This document shows, piece by piece, positions 44,801 through 57,480 of a DNA stretch of 64,000 bases. The number at the start of each line of letters is the position of its first letter. The first letter of the stretch is position 1. The notes beneath the pieces are model-generated. The model made no database searches. It was given only the letters and a program-made list of their open reading frames with translations, and had not been told where the DNA came from. The stretch is from Macrostomum lignano. Its lineage: Eukaryota. Location of the stretch: the NCBI GenBank assembly GCA_002269645.1, contig NIVC01001489.1, forward strand, positions 124,001-188,000, given 5' to 3'. The position numbers and the translations under genes are program-made.

Positions 44801-46144
44801 CGAGACTAGCTGAGAATGTCCAGCAGTTGAGGTTTGCCCACCGTCGATCCTTGATCAGCGAAACTAGAGACATTTGCAATAAAGTGTACACAGTCCCCTG
44901 ATACCACCTATTGAATGTCTGGAAGCTCCACCTGGATTAAGGCCAGTGACCAACGAAGTCAGAGCTGATGCAGACACATGTGGTCGACGTACTGATGAAA
45001 TTTGGAGGCTTGACAAGGCTGCAGTGAGGCACAGTGCTGATTTGCACACAGGGGGGGGGGCATTGAATACTCTTCTAGGAAAAGCCGACGTACGTTCGTA
45101 CAAGATAAAACCAGCCAAGTTATTTTTTGAACCCAAAACCAACCTGTAGATGTGCGTGAATTCGACCTGCACGCCGTTAAGCACCGTGCGCGCCTGCAAG
45201 TCCTGTCCTGACTGCGGTGCCAACGGGGTGCTCACTACAGGCAGCGTCTGCTTCTGCAATCCGGGCTTCGCTCCGCCAAACTGCTTCACTGTAGGCTGCG
45301 GCGGCTCCGTTACGTCACGACTGACATGCAGCTTCAGTATACCGATGCAGCTTCAAACGCAATACCTTTGAAGATCAAACGGGTGCATTTTAATTTCCTA
45401 GTTTGATTTATAGGACCTGTGGGCACTACAGCGACACCGACTTGTGAATGGACAACTGCCACCACTGGCACAACAACCACCACTGGCACAACTGCCAAGA
45501 CAGATGCGACTGCCACCACTGGCACAACTGCCACCACTGGCACAACCGCCAAGACAGATGCGACTGCCACCACTGGCACAACTGCCACCACTGGCACAAC
45601 CGCCAAGACAGATGCGACTGCCACCACTGGCACAACTACCACCACTGGCACAACCGCCAAGACAGATGCGACTGCCACCACTGGCACAACTGCCAAGACA
45701 GATGCGACTGCCACCACTGGAACAACCGCCACCACTGGCACAACCGCCAAGACAGATGCGACTGCCACCACTGGCACAACCGCCAAGACAGATGCGACTG
45801 CCACCACTGGCACAACTGCCACCACTGGCACAACCGCCAAGACAGATGCGACTGCCACCACTGGAACAACTACCACCACTGGCACAACTACCACCACTGG
45901 CACAACTGCCACCACTGGAACAACTACCACCACTGGCACAACTACCACCACTGGCACAACTGCCACCACTGACACAACTGCCACCACTGGCACAACTGCC
46001 ACCACTGACACAACATTTGTTTTGCAAAGATTCACACTCAATCCCGATGGTGGAGTGAACTGTGGCAATCAGTTAAGCGCAGCCATCAGCTCAATTATTT
46101 TCATGACATTGTCGACACTGACAACCATGATGAAGCTTCACTGA
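41879..46144 (+). pseudogene. ADAM copy D: rearranged pseudogene of B/C type
   Basis: Exons 1-6, 10 and 12 are missing. Exon 7 is at 41879-41966. The catalytic exon (HEIGHNLGFEH at 42084-42116) lost its acceptor through a 22-bp deletion. The exon 9 acceptor is CAG>CTG and the exon is truncated. Exon 11 is inverted (42671-42879). The EGF exon (from 45150) lost its donor. The stalk/GPI exon 45414-46144 is still open. Confidence 0.85.
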
Positions 46145-48534
46145 GCGAGTAGTTCTGGAATTGAAATCAATATTTCACTGAACACAATGCAAATCTGACA
46201 GTTAGAATCGAATATTTAAGCAGATTTAAATGCCATTTATATTTTTGTACCGGATTATTTAAAAAACAATTTTTGCAACTGGCCGGAAATTTTGCTGGAG
46301 GCTTTCGTTGCAAAATGCATTGGTGAGACAAAAAAATTTCAGTTTTTAGGACTAAATTTCCAATGTGTCACCCTCTGGACTTCCCCTAGCAGAAGCGTCT
46401 TTGTGCTTCAGTTGTCTATGCTGCTCTACTGCATACCGAATTGCAGACAGATTAAATATGCAGAGCCTCTAACGAGTTTTCCAAAAACAAATCGATGAAG
46501 TAAAACTGGGTATGCGACAGTGTGGTTCGTAGAAGGCATGTATCATATAGCTCGTATCGTATTTCCTTATTTCGCACGCATACCGTACTACTTGTAATCC
46601 TTCATTCATTTCAACAATATTCTATACGTATTAATATTGCGCTTATGTTACTTTTGTATCTGTAGTTATTGGTCGCCTCGCATGTATTTATTCTATTATT
46701 TTTATTTCATGCATATCGTGTTACTTCTCGTAAAGTAGTTCCTATTTATGTACATGTATTTAGTTTACAGTATTCTAGCACGAGTTTGTACAGTTCGCTT
46801 GGGGGGTTTGCCTGATTAGGCCTGTTTATCAATTGTTATCATGTTTACATGTACATTATACTCGTAAATATACGCTTGCAGTCAGCGGCCGCTTTCTCAC
46901 TTCTTCTCTGCTCGCGGGTCCTTAGCCGTCTGGCTTTTCCTCGCCCTCACAAGTTTACCCTTCCGCCGCCTACTTCGGCCCACCAATCAGCAGGGTCTCG
47001 ACCGGCCTTCGCAAGGCGCAACCAGAGCTCATTGGATTAAAGCCCATTAAAGTACCCACTTACAATTACGCTAGTGTGAATTCGGCTGCTGAGCTGGATC
47101 GTAGACTTAATCAAATTAGTTAATAAATTAACCGCTACACCAGAAAAGTCTTCCGCCGTAATCGTCACAGCTAAGAGGGACGCGTCTCGATAAATCAATC
47201 TGAAACTTTTAGGAAGCGATGACAAAAATATTAATGATGTTGAGACCTGACAAAGAATAACGAAATTGTAACAAACAGCATGTAATTTATTTGATCGCGG
47301 ATCGCGGACATTCGAGGAATAATTTATTGGTCCTCAAGATAAAGCCAATAATCCCAATTGTAATTGACTTAAGGGAACGCGAAATAGTTAGATCTTGGTG
47401 CTTATAGCAGTGTTTTTTTAGCAATTGTTTAGCAATTTGACGATCATTATTCGCATTTTTTATGCAGAACAATACATTACTACAAACAATGCATTGTTTT
47501 TAGGACCGTCAAACAAAAAAAAAGGAAAGAATCAGCGGTCGCAGCACGTGACAACGATTAGTCTATGGCTCGCGCTTACCGGCGCTCGCCAGACAATCGT
47601 TGTCACGCACTGGGACCGCTGATTATTTATCCATGGTTGCTCGAGGGTTGCTGTAATAATTATTAAATGTAATTTTGAGTGACTGCTTTATTCTACTTAC
47701 CTTGTACTTACTCTCTCTCTCTCTCTCTCTCTCTCGGAAAAAATGAGTTAGTTTGCTATGTCATGGTGACCCATATTATAACGTCCATGACTGGCAAGAA
47801 TTTTAAGCACATTTTTTCGAAACTGGCTTATAAAATGTGTAAATATCTGCTTATATTATCAATCAAAACCTGCTTTGACAATAAGACACTAGTCACAGAG
47901 ATAGACTATAAATAGATGCCCTGACACCAGGGCACTCTAGTCACAAAAATAGGAATTCAAAATGTAGACAATCAATAGAATGTTGTAGGATTTTGCTTTG
48001 CTACTTACTGATGGAACTAGTAAGTAGAATGCCAGGACCTGTGCGTCAATAAATTTAGTTTCGGGTCCCTGCAGCGCGTCCTCCGCGCCCTATTTTGGGA
48101 AACACTGACTGGGTGCTAATGGATATTAAATATTGGCTAGGATGATTCCCTCGGTAAATACATACAGTGTAGTTTCTCATATTTGATCGGCTAAAACTGA
48201 TGAGAGGGACTCCAGGCCAGGTACTGCGAGATTTTCTCGATATACTGACTGTTTGGCAAGGCAATTAATCACGCAGAGGCAACGTTTCTGCTTGCGGGCG
48301 GCTCCCGTGCAAACAAAGCCGCTTAAGCTAACAGCTAATTGTGTGGCTTCTCTGAACTCCTCGGCTGGCCAATTATTGCATTGGACAGCTGGTTGTCGGC
48401 TGGTAGATGCGGCATCCTGCATTTATTGACAGGCGGCAATGCAGATAAAAGTGAGAAAAGTGAATTTTGCGAATTCGGCCTGAGCCCATAATCTAAGGCA
48501 GCTCTGATCGCACGCAGCCCAGTCTGCAAGCAAA

Positions 48535-50970
48535 ATGTCAAAGAATCAAGTGGCAGCCTGTTTCCACGTTAAGGCGGACTCTGGGATGCTAGGCGAAGCG
48601 CCTCATCAGCCAGCGGCGTCAGTTGAGGAGATTCTCTCCAGCTTCATCAAGTACGCCAGCCACAGCGGCATGCTGCCCGGCATGCAGAGGCAGGGTGCCA
48701 AGCGCACCGTGTTGACCGCTCTGGCAGTGCTGGCCAATGTCTTGATCTATGCCGAGTGTCTGGCTACCATGGTGATGTTCTTGCGCCTGCCAACGGCCCT
48801 GGATGCAAGCACAACTTTGCTGGTTGTGTCCATCATCTTTCACTCCTACTGTGCCTCGATCAGCTCTCTGTTCATGTGGTCCAGCTGCTCGGGAAGGCTG
48901 AGCAGCTTTCTGCTCGATGTGGACGCAATACTGGCTGATTCGAGAGCCGTGCCCCAGCTGGAGGCGGCACTGCGACAGCGGTTCTTTCAGTACAAGGGTC
49001 TGCTCAGGAAGTTCTTTGCAGCGTTTTTCACTGCCGTAGTGATCAACTCGATCATGAGCGTGACCCTCATCATCATGGCTCCGAACCAGGTTCCTTTCAT
49101 GTTCAACATCCGCATTGCGATGTTCGGCTCTGCAGGGACCGGCCCCCTGCCAGCAATCCACCAGGCTCCCTGGGCGCAGGTGGCCAGCCAGGTTGCCGCT
49201 TCGGTCTGGTGGATCTACAAGTCACTCCTGTGGAACTTCGGCTTTCTGCTCTTCTTCACCTTAATTTGCATCCCTACCCACCTGCTGCTGGGCTACAGTT
49301 CGGGGCTTGCGGCCCAAGTTCGAGAATCCCAGGGACTCACGGGAGACGCAGCCGCGGCCTATCGACTTTTCTATTTGAGGATCGCGGGCGCAGTTGAGTC
49401 CGCTGACGTCATAGTGCGCCTGTACCTGTGCGCCACCTTCCTGTTCTGCATCATGACCGTGATGTTCAACGTCAACGCCTTGATAGACTTGAGCCAGGTG
49501 GATCAGATGGTGACCTCCATCCTGGCCGTTTGGATCGGGTCCGGCCTTGTGCTGCTTTGCCTGCCAGTCTTCATGTGCGGCAGAGTTTCGGTTCTGGTGA
49601 GGACGCAAAACTTTTAGCTGCAAATATTGTAGCTTACCGAGCTTCTTTTTGGCCAGGATTTATTTAGATCAAGGTCGTTTTAGCTGGTTTTAACAGTAGG
49701 AATTCTACTCCTGACAAATTTTTGCTACGCCAGAACGGAGCAAGACATTCACATGAAATTAGAGGACGCAAGCTAACGTTTTGTTGCGCACACCTTCTCA
49801 GGATTCTCAGGACTCTGGACTTTTAACAGGTGGCATTGGTGACTGTGGAAACCTGTTGCGACTGCGTACGATTCTTCATATCAAGCCTGGTCAGTAGGCA
49901 AGCCTCAAGTACTGGAAATTCTCAACTAGTCTCTCAGTCATCATCCTAACCCACTTTCTGCAGATGGCACCTGGTTGACTGTGGACTGACAATTAATAGC
50001 TAATCCTGTCCTTGAATTTCGTACAGCACTGGAAACGTATTTTGATTGGTTGCATAAGAGAAGTCAAGTGACACAGAGCAGGACAATCACGCTTTACTAG
50101 GGCTATGAGACTCAAGATGGCGATGCAAAATTTCTAATATGAGGATTGTCCAACGCGTCTTGCGCTATCGCCAGGTTTCATACACCGTGCATGCAGTCAG
50201 CAAGAGTTTTACTGTCCAGTGCACTTAAACAGATTCGTTTTTAATTTTCAGGTCAAGAAGCCTTTAGACGTTCTGCAGCGGCAGGAGATCACGAAAAATA
50301 ACTTTAAAGAGGTAAAAAGTAATCAGCATTAACTACGAGTATACTCAGCAACATTGAAAAGTCGCCACTCTATGCGCCAGTGAGCAATTTCCCTTAGATT
50401 TCTCTTAGACTATTCTGCAATAAAAGATACGAGAAAATTGATCGGAGTAGCTTTAATCCGTCCAACCTTCGCCCACCGCTCACTCCACCACTTCATTTCT
50501 CAACTCAAGTCTGCCGCGGCGTAGCTGAGTTGCGTCACTCGCAAAGATTAAGAGGCTTTACCTACACTTTCAAAAGTGGCGACTGAACAGACAGAATCTT
50601 ATGCGATGGCAACTTTTCGATGTGGCTGGGTATATTAAGCTTTTTCGAGCATTCTTGTGCATCTCAACATTGAATTGAAATCTCAGCTTCTAGTGCTTCT
50701 AGAGGTGGTGAACAGCAGCAGCTGCGGCATCACCTGCGCCGGCCTCTTCACCATTGACTATTCGCTGATTCCAAGTGTGAGTAGCATCAGCCTCATGCCG
50801 CTTCTCTCACTCCGAAATTGAGTTAAACTTGATCTAAGAGCGCATTATTGAAATTTCAGCTCACCGGACTGCTGCTGACTTACTTCATTCTAATTGTGCA
50901 GACCCAGCAAGGCGCCAACAGCTCCGGCTACCCCAGCGGGGGAGGCACTTCAAACGGCTCAGCGCTCTGA
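48535..50970 (+). CDS. Gustatory receptor-like (GRL, 7tm_7 / insect chemoreceptor superfamily) 7TM ion-channel subunit, ~440 aa
   Basis: Exons 48535-49596 (six hydrophobic helices), 50252-50311, 50687-50776 (LLVLLEVVNSSSCGITCAGLFTIDYSLIPS) and 50860-50970 (LTGLLLTYFILIVQT). Three phase-0 introns near the 3' end, a TY-hhhhh-Q motif, and AATAAA at 51040-51045. Confidence 0.8.
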
Positions 50971-51139
50971 GCAACAGCTCTTGAATGAGAAGAAGGCGTA
51001 GAGAATTATTAACAGCAAACAAAATCTTCATTGATGTTCAATAAAATAACGCTTGAACAAGATCTACAATCTAACATTTGCTAGATACATTTAAAACCGA
51101 AGCATAGCCAATAGTCTTGCATGGGCATTCCACTGTCTA

Positions 51140-51187
51140 CCCTAACCCTAACCCTAACCCTAACCCTAACCCTAATCCTAACCCTAA
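51140..51187. repeat. Interstitial (CCCTAA)n telomere-type repeat
   Basis: About 8 units, one of them variant. Confidence 0.85.
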
Positions 51188-51526
51188 ACCGAAACTACAT
51201 CGTCGGCAGTCACATAGTTTCTGTTATGGGTTTTTTTCTGAAATAGCACAGACACGCAACATCCAGGTAAAAAACACTAGTCTTTAATATTGATACCTGG
51301 CTCTTGAAATAACGGCTACGATTTGCTCTAAAATACATTTTACTTTCGTCAAAAGATCTGCGTGAAAGTTGACTTGAAATTCTGCAAAGCTATCACTTCT
51401 GGACAATGATCTGTTTATAACGCGTTCAAAGCTGCCACAAGTGAAATCACAGTGCAGTGTCGAATATACTGTAGAAACTGCTTCAGCCGCGAATGTATCA
51501 AGCCTGTATATTTGTGTTGAACAGCA

Positions 51527-51683
51527 ACTCCTGTGGAACTTCGAGTTTCTGTTCTTCTTCACCTTAATTTGCATCCCTACCCACCTGTTGCTGGGCGACT
51601 GGGTTCGCGGCCCAAGTTCGAGAATCTCAGGGTCTCACGGGGGACGCAGCCGCGACTTATCGATTTTTCTATTTACAGATCGC
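51527..51683 (+). pseudogene. Duplicated, frameshifted fragment of GRL exon 1
   Basis: Matches 49224-49385 (LLWNF.FL.FFTLICIPTHLLLG) with indels. Confidence 0.8.
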
Positions 51684-51849
51684 ATCCTGCGCCTCCCGAA
51701 GGAAAGCCAGCGTGGACCACTGAAGCCCGCATCGCCAGATCTCGACTAAAAACGGATGTACGAGACTTACTACAAGTAACTAACTATAGGCTGTGGCTCC
51801 GACACCCACACGGTGGCTGTGACACCCTGCATACAGAGACCACAGTGTG

Positions 51850-52160
51850 AATGAATGTGCGTGAATGAACTCATGGACCAAGCCGCCCACCTCGACCAGG
51901 CGGACGTCCCAACGACCCTCCGCGCCGCCAGCCAGATATGACAGCCACTGGCTTATCCAGACCTGCACTTATCAGCTTATCAACCAGTTGCTCGTCGGGG
52001 CGAGCATCCCCGACGGCAGCACGCACCACCACATGGGCCCCGCGGATACGCCCAACTGCCCGGACTGTGATGAACCCAAGAAGGTGTAGCACATCCTGCA
52101 GTGCTGGCCACGTGGCGACCGCTAACGCCGGATCGGGGAGAAGAAGAACCTTGGCGCTAG
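51850..52160 (+). mobile_element. Non-LTR retrotransposon 3' fragment (C-terminal Zn-knuckle region)
   Basis: HHHMGPADTPNCPDCDEPKKV*HILQC resembles the CxxC...H...C motif that follows RT/RNase H in LINEs. Confidence 0.5.
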
Positions 52161-53059
52161 TGCTGTCTCCTTGTACTCGTACTGTACCTCTGTGCTACTC
52201 CATTGGCACATTTACAAGTTACATGTATTTTTCACGATTCATATTCTCATAACTGGATTCTCAAGTTAATGTCGGATACCATGAAGGAAAGACTGCAAAG
52301 AATTATCTTCTTTTATTTTTCGTCTTTATCTTACTCTTACGTACTACTAATATATTCTAACCATAAAAATATCCCAATTTCTTCCATAGGGTAGCCAACA
52401 CAGTCTGCGATTGGGATCTGCGATTGGAAATTAAGCCAGTGGCTAATACGGTCTTGCTTTTGTCAGCTTTAAATTGTTTAAATTGGTTGGCCAGTTGTAA
52501 AGTAATTACTATAAAAAGCGTTCATAGCAATGTGAAGCCTCTTTTGTGCACCGCATAGAAACTGCGTTAGTACCATATGTGAAGATCATGCTGACTAGCT
52601 GTTTGCACTGTGAATTCAGCATCAACAATGTTTAGCTCTACCGAACTTGCTAGCTGAATCGTTTTTCTCTCTGTACCGGTTCTCTAGCTGAGAATGTTTT
52701 GTCACGAGTGCAAGCGAGTGTGACTCACATCTAAAACAATTACACATCTAGAAGCAGCGCACACGGCGCTCTTAAAAACATTGCATGCTAAAAAAAGAAA
52801 TATGCGGATGGAAAAATAAATAAACACACAAAAATGTTGTGCAAGAAAATACAAATGTTCTTAGTAAAAAAACGTTTTCTTAGAAAAATGCATTTTCACA
52901 TCCCTGTTATTAATGAGCTCACTCATTTTTTCTCTATTAATATGAGCACAGTTCAGCCCCCAAAAGGCCATGCTGAGTTCCCTCGGCTAAAGCCACAGGA
53001 GTTTCCCAAAGTTTTCCATCTGTCTGAGGATCTGCTACACCGCTGTGCCTCTTCCATTC

Positions 53060-56000
53060 ATGGCAGGTAAGTTCCGCTCTCACTGCCTGAGTTTCCACCG
53101 GGTACGCACGAAGCTGTACGGCATTCAATCCGCAAATTTCAGGTGCACTGCTGCTCACTCTCTCCATCCTGGCTGCTGGAGCTGCAGCAGACACTGAGTA
53201 CACGCACGTGTGGGACTCCGCTGACATGGCGCTGGGCTGCAAGCCATGGCTGTCTGTGCAGGTGAAGACAGGAGACCTCACCGAGTTGCACAACATTACC
53301 TTCACTTTGTCCACCAGGTGAGAATTTGGTTTGACTTTGTCATAGCCTTCGTAACATGGGCTGCTTTTTCACGCCAACCCTGAAGTATGACGGATATACG
53401 GTAGAGGACTAGAGGATCACCGGTAGAGGACTTGAGGATCACCGGTAGAGGACTAGAGGATCAACGAACTCTCTACATCCCCCAACCGTACCAACATCAA
53501 CAGGATCCTATAAACAGTATTTTAAGGATGCTTAAAGTCCATTCCACGCTGCCCCTGTGACAGTAGCTAAAAGTTCACAAACTACTTGAAAACTTGTCCG
53601 CAGCGCCGTCTTCAACAAGCGAGTCCGAGTCCGCACAAGCGATCGGCACTTCAAGCACAAGCACAGAGCGCCCTGTCTGTACCAAGGAAGAGTTGGCAAC
53701 ACGGACGAAAAGGCTTATGCCAGCGAGCTCGGAGACCGACTAAAGTGAGTCAATTTCTAGCTCTGAGATGCAGCTATTCTCCAGCTTAATAACCTTGACC
53801 CTTGACCTCCGCCGTAGAATGACCTTCAAGCTGAACGGCAGCTGGTACCAAGCCGAGACGTCCTCCGGCAGTTCCGCGGACGCTCCGGCAATCGCGAAGC
53901 AGTTCGAAGTCCGCGAAGACGAGACCGCCAGCCAGTGCCGCTACAAAGTTCCGCCCAGAAACTTCAGCGAGATGAACGCGCAAGGCGCCAGCGCCATTCC
54001 GTCGAGTGTCGCCTTCGTTCTGGAAAAGGGCGCGCTGAACGTCGAAAGCTTTCAGGGTGCCATCGTGGACAAGATCTTGGAGCTGGTCATCGTTGTGGAT
54101 CGAAGCTTTGTAAGAATTCGCAGGTGCTTCCATGCTGCTTGAAAGCTGAGCTCCTTACTCACCGCCATTCCCTGCGGTCACTTCCAGATCAGCAAAGCCG
54201 GCAGCGAGTCGGGCGCTGTGACCAGAGTCATGCAAATCTTCAATTTCGTGAATGGGGTGAGCAGAATTCTGTGAATTTTCCGCTAATGAGATATCGATTT
54301 GCAGTTCTTCCTTGCCCGTTGCAGCTGTACCAACCACTCAGACTGAGAGTTGTGCTCACTGAGATTGTCATCTGGCGAACGGACAAAATTTCGATCAGCT
54401 CAAGCGGCGGGGAAACCTTTCAACAGTTTACGTTCTACAAGGCCTTTCAAATGAAAGGAATTAAGCATGACTCGGTTATGCTACTCAGGTGACGAGACCT
54501 CATCGTTTCTGCTGATTGGTTTTACAGTGCTTCGATGAATTCATTTCAACATCGGATAGCTAATTTTGTGCCCACGTGTCACTTCATTTACTGTTTACCC
54601 CCAAAATTTTCCAGCGCTACAAACTGGGACGGAAACAAAACTCTTGGCGTAGCCTGGATCAGGTCCACCTGCTTCACTGCGCACTCGTGCGGAATAGTTA
54701 GTGTGAGCACTTCGAATGCTTTTCTATTCTCCGGATAGCTGCAACAGACAGGTGAAGATTTTTTGCTTGCCGCATCGCCAACACCTGCAGGACAGATACT
54801 CAGAGGAGATTTCCACCGCGCTGGTTCTGACGCATGAGGTCGGTCACAACCTGGGATTCCTGCACACGAAAGACTACAGAAGCTGTGTCTGCAATCGGTC
54901 TTCAACCGGCTGCATCATGAACTCGTTCCTGGACCCCAAAACTCGGTGAGAGCTGAGCTGGCTACAACCACACCGCACTCGATCCCACACACCAGTGAGA
55001 GCTGAGCTGGCTACAACCGCACCGCACTCGATCCCACACACTAGTGAGAGCTGAGCTGGCTACAACCGCACCGCACTCGATCCCACACACTAGTGAGAGC
55101 TGAGCTGGCTACAACCGCACCGCACTCGATCCCACACACTAGTGAGAGCTGAGCTGGCTACAACCACACCGCACTCGATCTCACACTAGTGAGAGCTGCT
55201 CTGGCTACAACCGCACCGCACTCGATCCCACACACTAGTGAGAGCTGCTCTGGCTACAACCGCACCGCATTCGATCTCACACTAGTGAGAGCTGCTCTGG
55301 CTACAAAAGCACCGCACTCGATCTCACACTAGTGAGAGCTGCTCTGGCTACAACCACACCGCACTCGATCCCACACACTAGTGAGAGCTGAGCTGGCTAA
55401 ACCACAATTCACTCGATCCCACACACTAGTGAGAGCAGAGCTGGCTACAACCACAATGCACTCGAACCCACACACTAGTGAGAGCTGAGCTGGCTACAAC
55501 CGCACCGCACTCGATCCCACACACTAGTGAGAGCTGAGCTGGCTACAACCACAATGCACTCGAACCCACACACTAGTGAGAGCTGAGCTGGCTACAACCG
55601 CACCGCACTCGATCCCACACACTAGTGAGAGCTGAGCTGGCTACAACCGCACCGCACTCGATCCCACACACTAGTGAGAGCTGAGCTGGCTGAACCACAA
55701 TGCACTCGATCCCACACACTAGTGAGAGCTGCTCTGGCTACAACCACACCGCACTCGATCCCACACACTAGTGAGAGCTGAGCTGGCTAAACCACAATGC
55801 ACTCGATCCCACACACTAGTGAGAGCTCAGCTGGCTGAACCACAATGCACTCGATCCCACACACTAGTGAGAGCTGCTCTGGCTACAAAAGCACCGCACT
55901 CGATCTCACACTAGTGAGAGCTGCTCTGGCTACAACCGCACCGCACTCGAACCCACACCAAGCGGTTCAAATTCGCCCTCCTCCCTCCCGCAGCACGGAA

Positions 56001-57219
56001 GCCCTGGGCTGGTCTTCCTGCTCCTTGAAGGCCTGGGGCTTGCAGGCCAACGAGACCTGGAGGAGCTGCCTGGCGGACGCACCGGATGAGTCCTACACCA
56101 CCAACCGGAGCATCTCAGCATGCGGCAACGGCATCTTGGAGCACGGCGAACAGTGCGACTGCGGGCCATCTCAGGCGAGACGTCCGTGGCATTTCACAGA
56201 GACATTGATGCGTGCAAGGTGTGCAAGAGACTCCGGATAGCAAATTACATCAGAGCGAGAGCAAGCATATCATTAGCATACATGTGAATGCAATAATAAA
56301 GTTCTTACTTGCTTATCAAAGCAACTAGAGCATAAAAATACTATTGCCGTGCAATTGCTATCTTTACACCAGTAATTTATCAACCCCAATGCTTCATCTT
56401 GAACCTGCTGATAGCAACAAATACAGCAACCGAAAGCATCTTATTTGAGCACAGTTCTTACAATGGGTCTCAATGAGCCTCTCAAACTCTGCCATACAGC
56501 TTGCATTCTCAGGCTTCCATTGTCCGATGCCTGGCCTGCTTTACGAGTACTCAATAATTAGCGATTGAGCAGCTCTCTGAGCAGCTCTGGGTCAGTCCTG
56601 CCATTATCACCTGAACCGTGCGCTCTTCTGACAACTGATGCAGAAGATAGTCCTAACGAGAAGACACTCTGTCTGACACTGCTCCGACTACGAGCGTATT
56701 TTCTTTTGTTTTATATTAACAGCAGATCGAGTGGGTAGAGATTGAGAGAGTGAGTCATAGACCGAGAAGGCTACTCCCCACTTCGAGAGACAATAGTAGT
56801 ACTATGCAGATATGACATGCCATGCTATGCAGACGTGCTCGTCAAAGTGCTGCGACGCGAAGACGTGCCGGCTCAAGGCCGGTGCCACCTGCGCCTCGGG
56901 AGCCTGCTGCGACTGGGACACCTGCACGCTGAGGCCGAGGGGCCGCGTCTGCAGAGCCGCCGACGGACCGTGCGACGTGCCGGAGACCTGCAGCGGGTCT
57001 GGCGAGTGGTGCCCCAGCGACGACAAAGTGGCCGACGGAGTGGACTGCGCTGCCGGTCAGGTGAGAGACGCTGCTGAAGACAGGTGTCTGGTGTTATGGT
57101 TTTTTACCTTGTAGCTTAAGCGCCTTTGATTTTGTGCCTGTCTGAGCTATGAGCTACATATTTAAAGTTCATACTCGCTTCTCGAATAGTAAGTTCATCT
57201 GTAGTTATGTCTGTCTGTC

Positions 57220-57269
<50 letters not shown>

Positions 57270-57277
57270 CGCCTGCC

Positions 57278-57322
<45 letters not shown>

Positions 57323-57361
57323 GTCTGTAGTAGTGTCGGTCTGTCTGTCTGTCTGTCTGCC

Positions 57362-57414
<53 letters not shown>

Positions 57415-57421
57415 GCCTGCC

Positions 57422-57480
<59 letters not shown>

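Noticed and set aside
45398-46058. Metallothionein-like (CASGGS), His/Trp-rich and Gln/Leu/Pro ORFs
   Set aside because: Alternative frames and strands of the copy D Thr-repeat exon; only the Thr frame has the splice acceptor, paralogy and anchor signal.
51140-51187. True chromosome end
   Set aside because: Only ~8 units with unique sequence on both sides; interstitial, as at 5653-5694.
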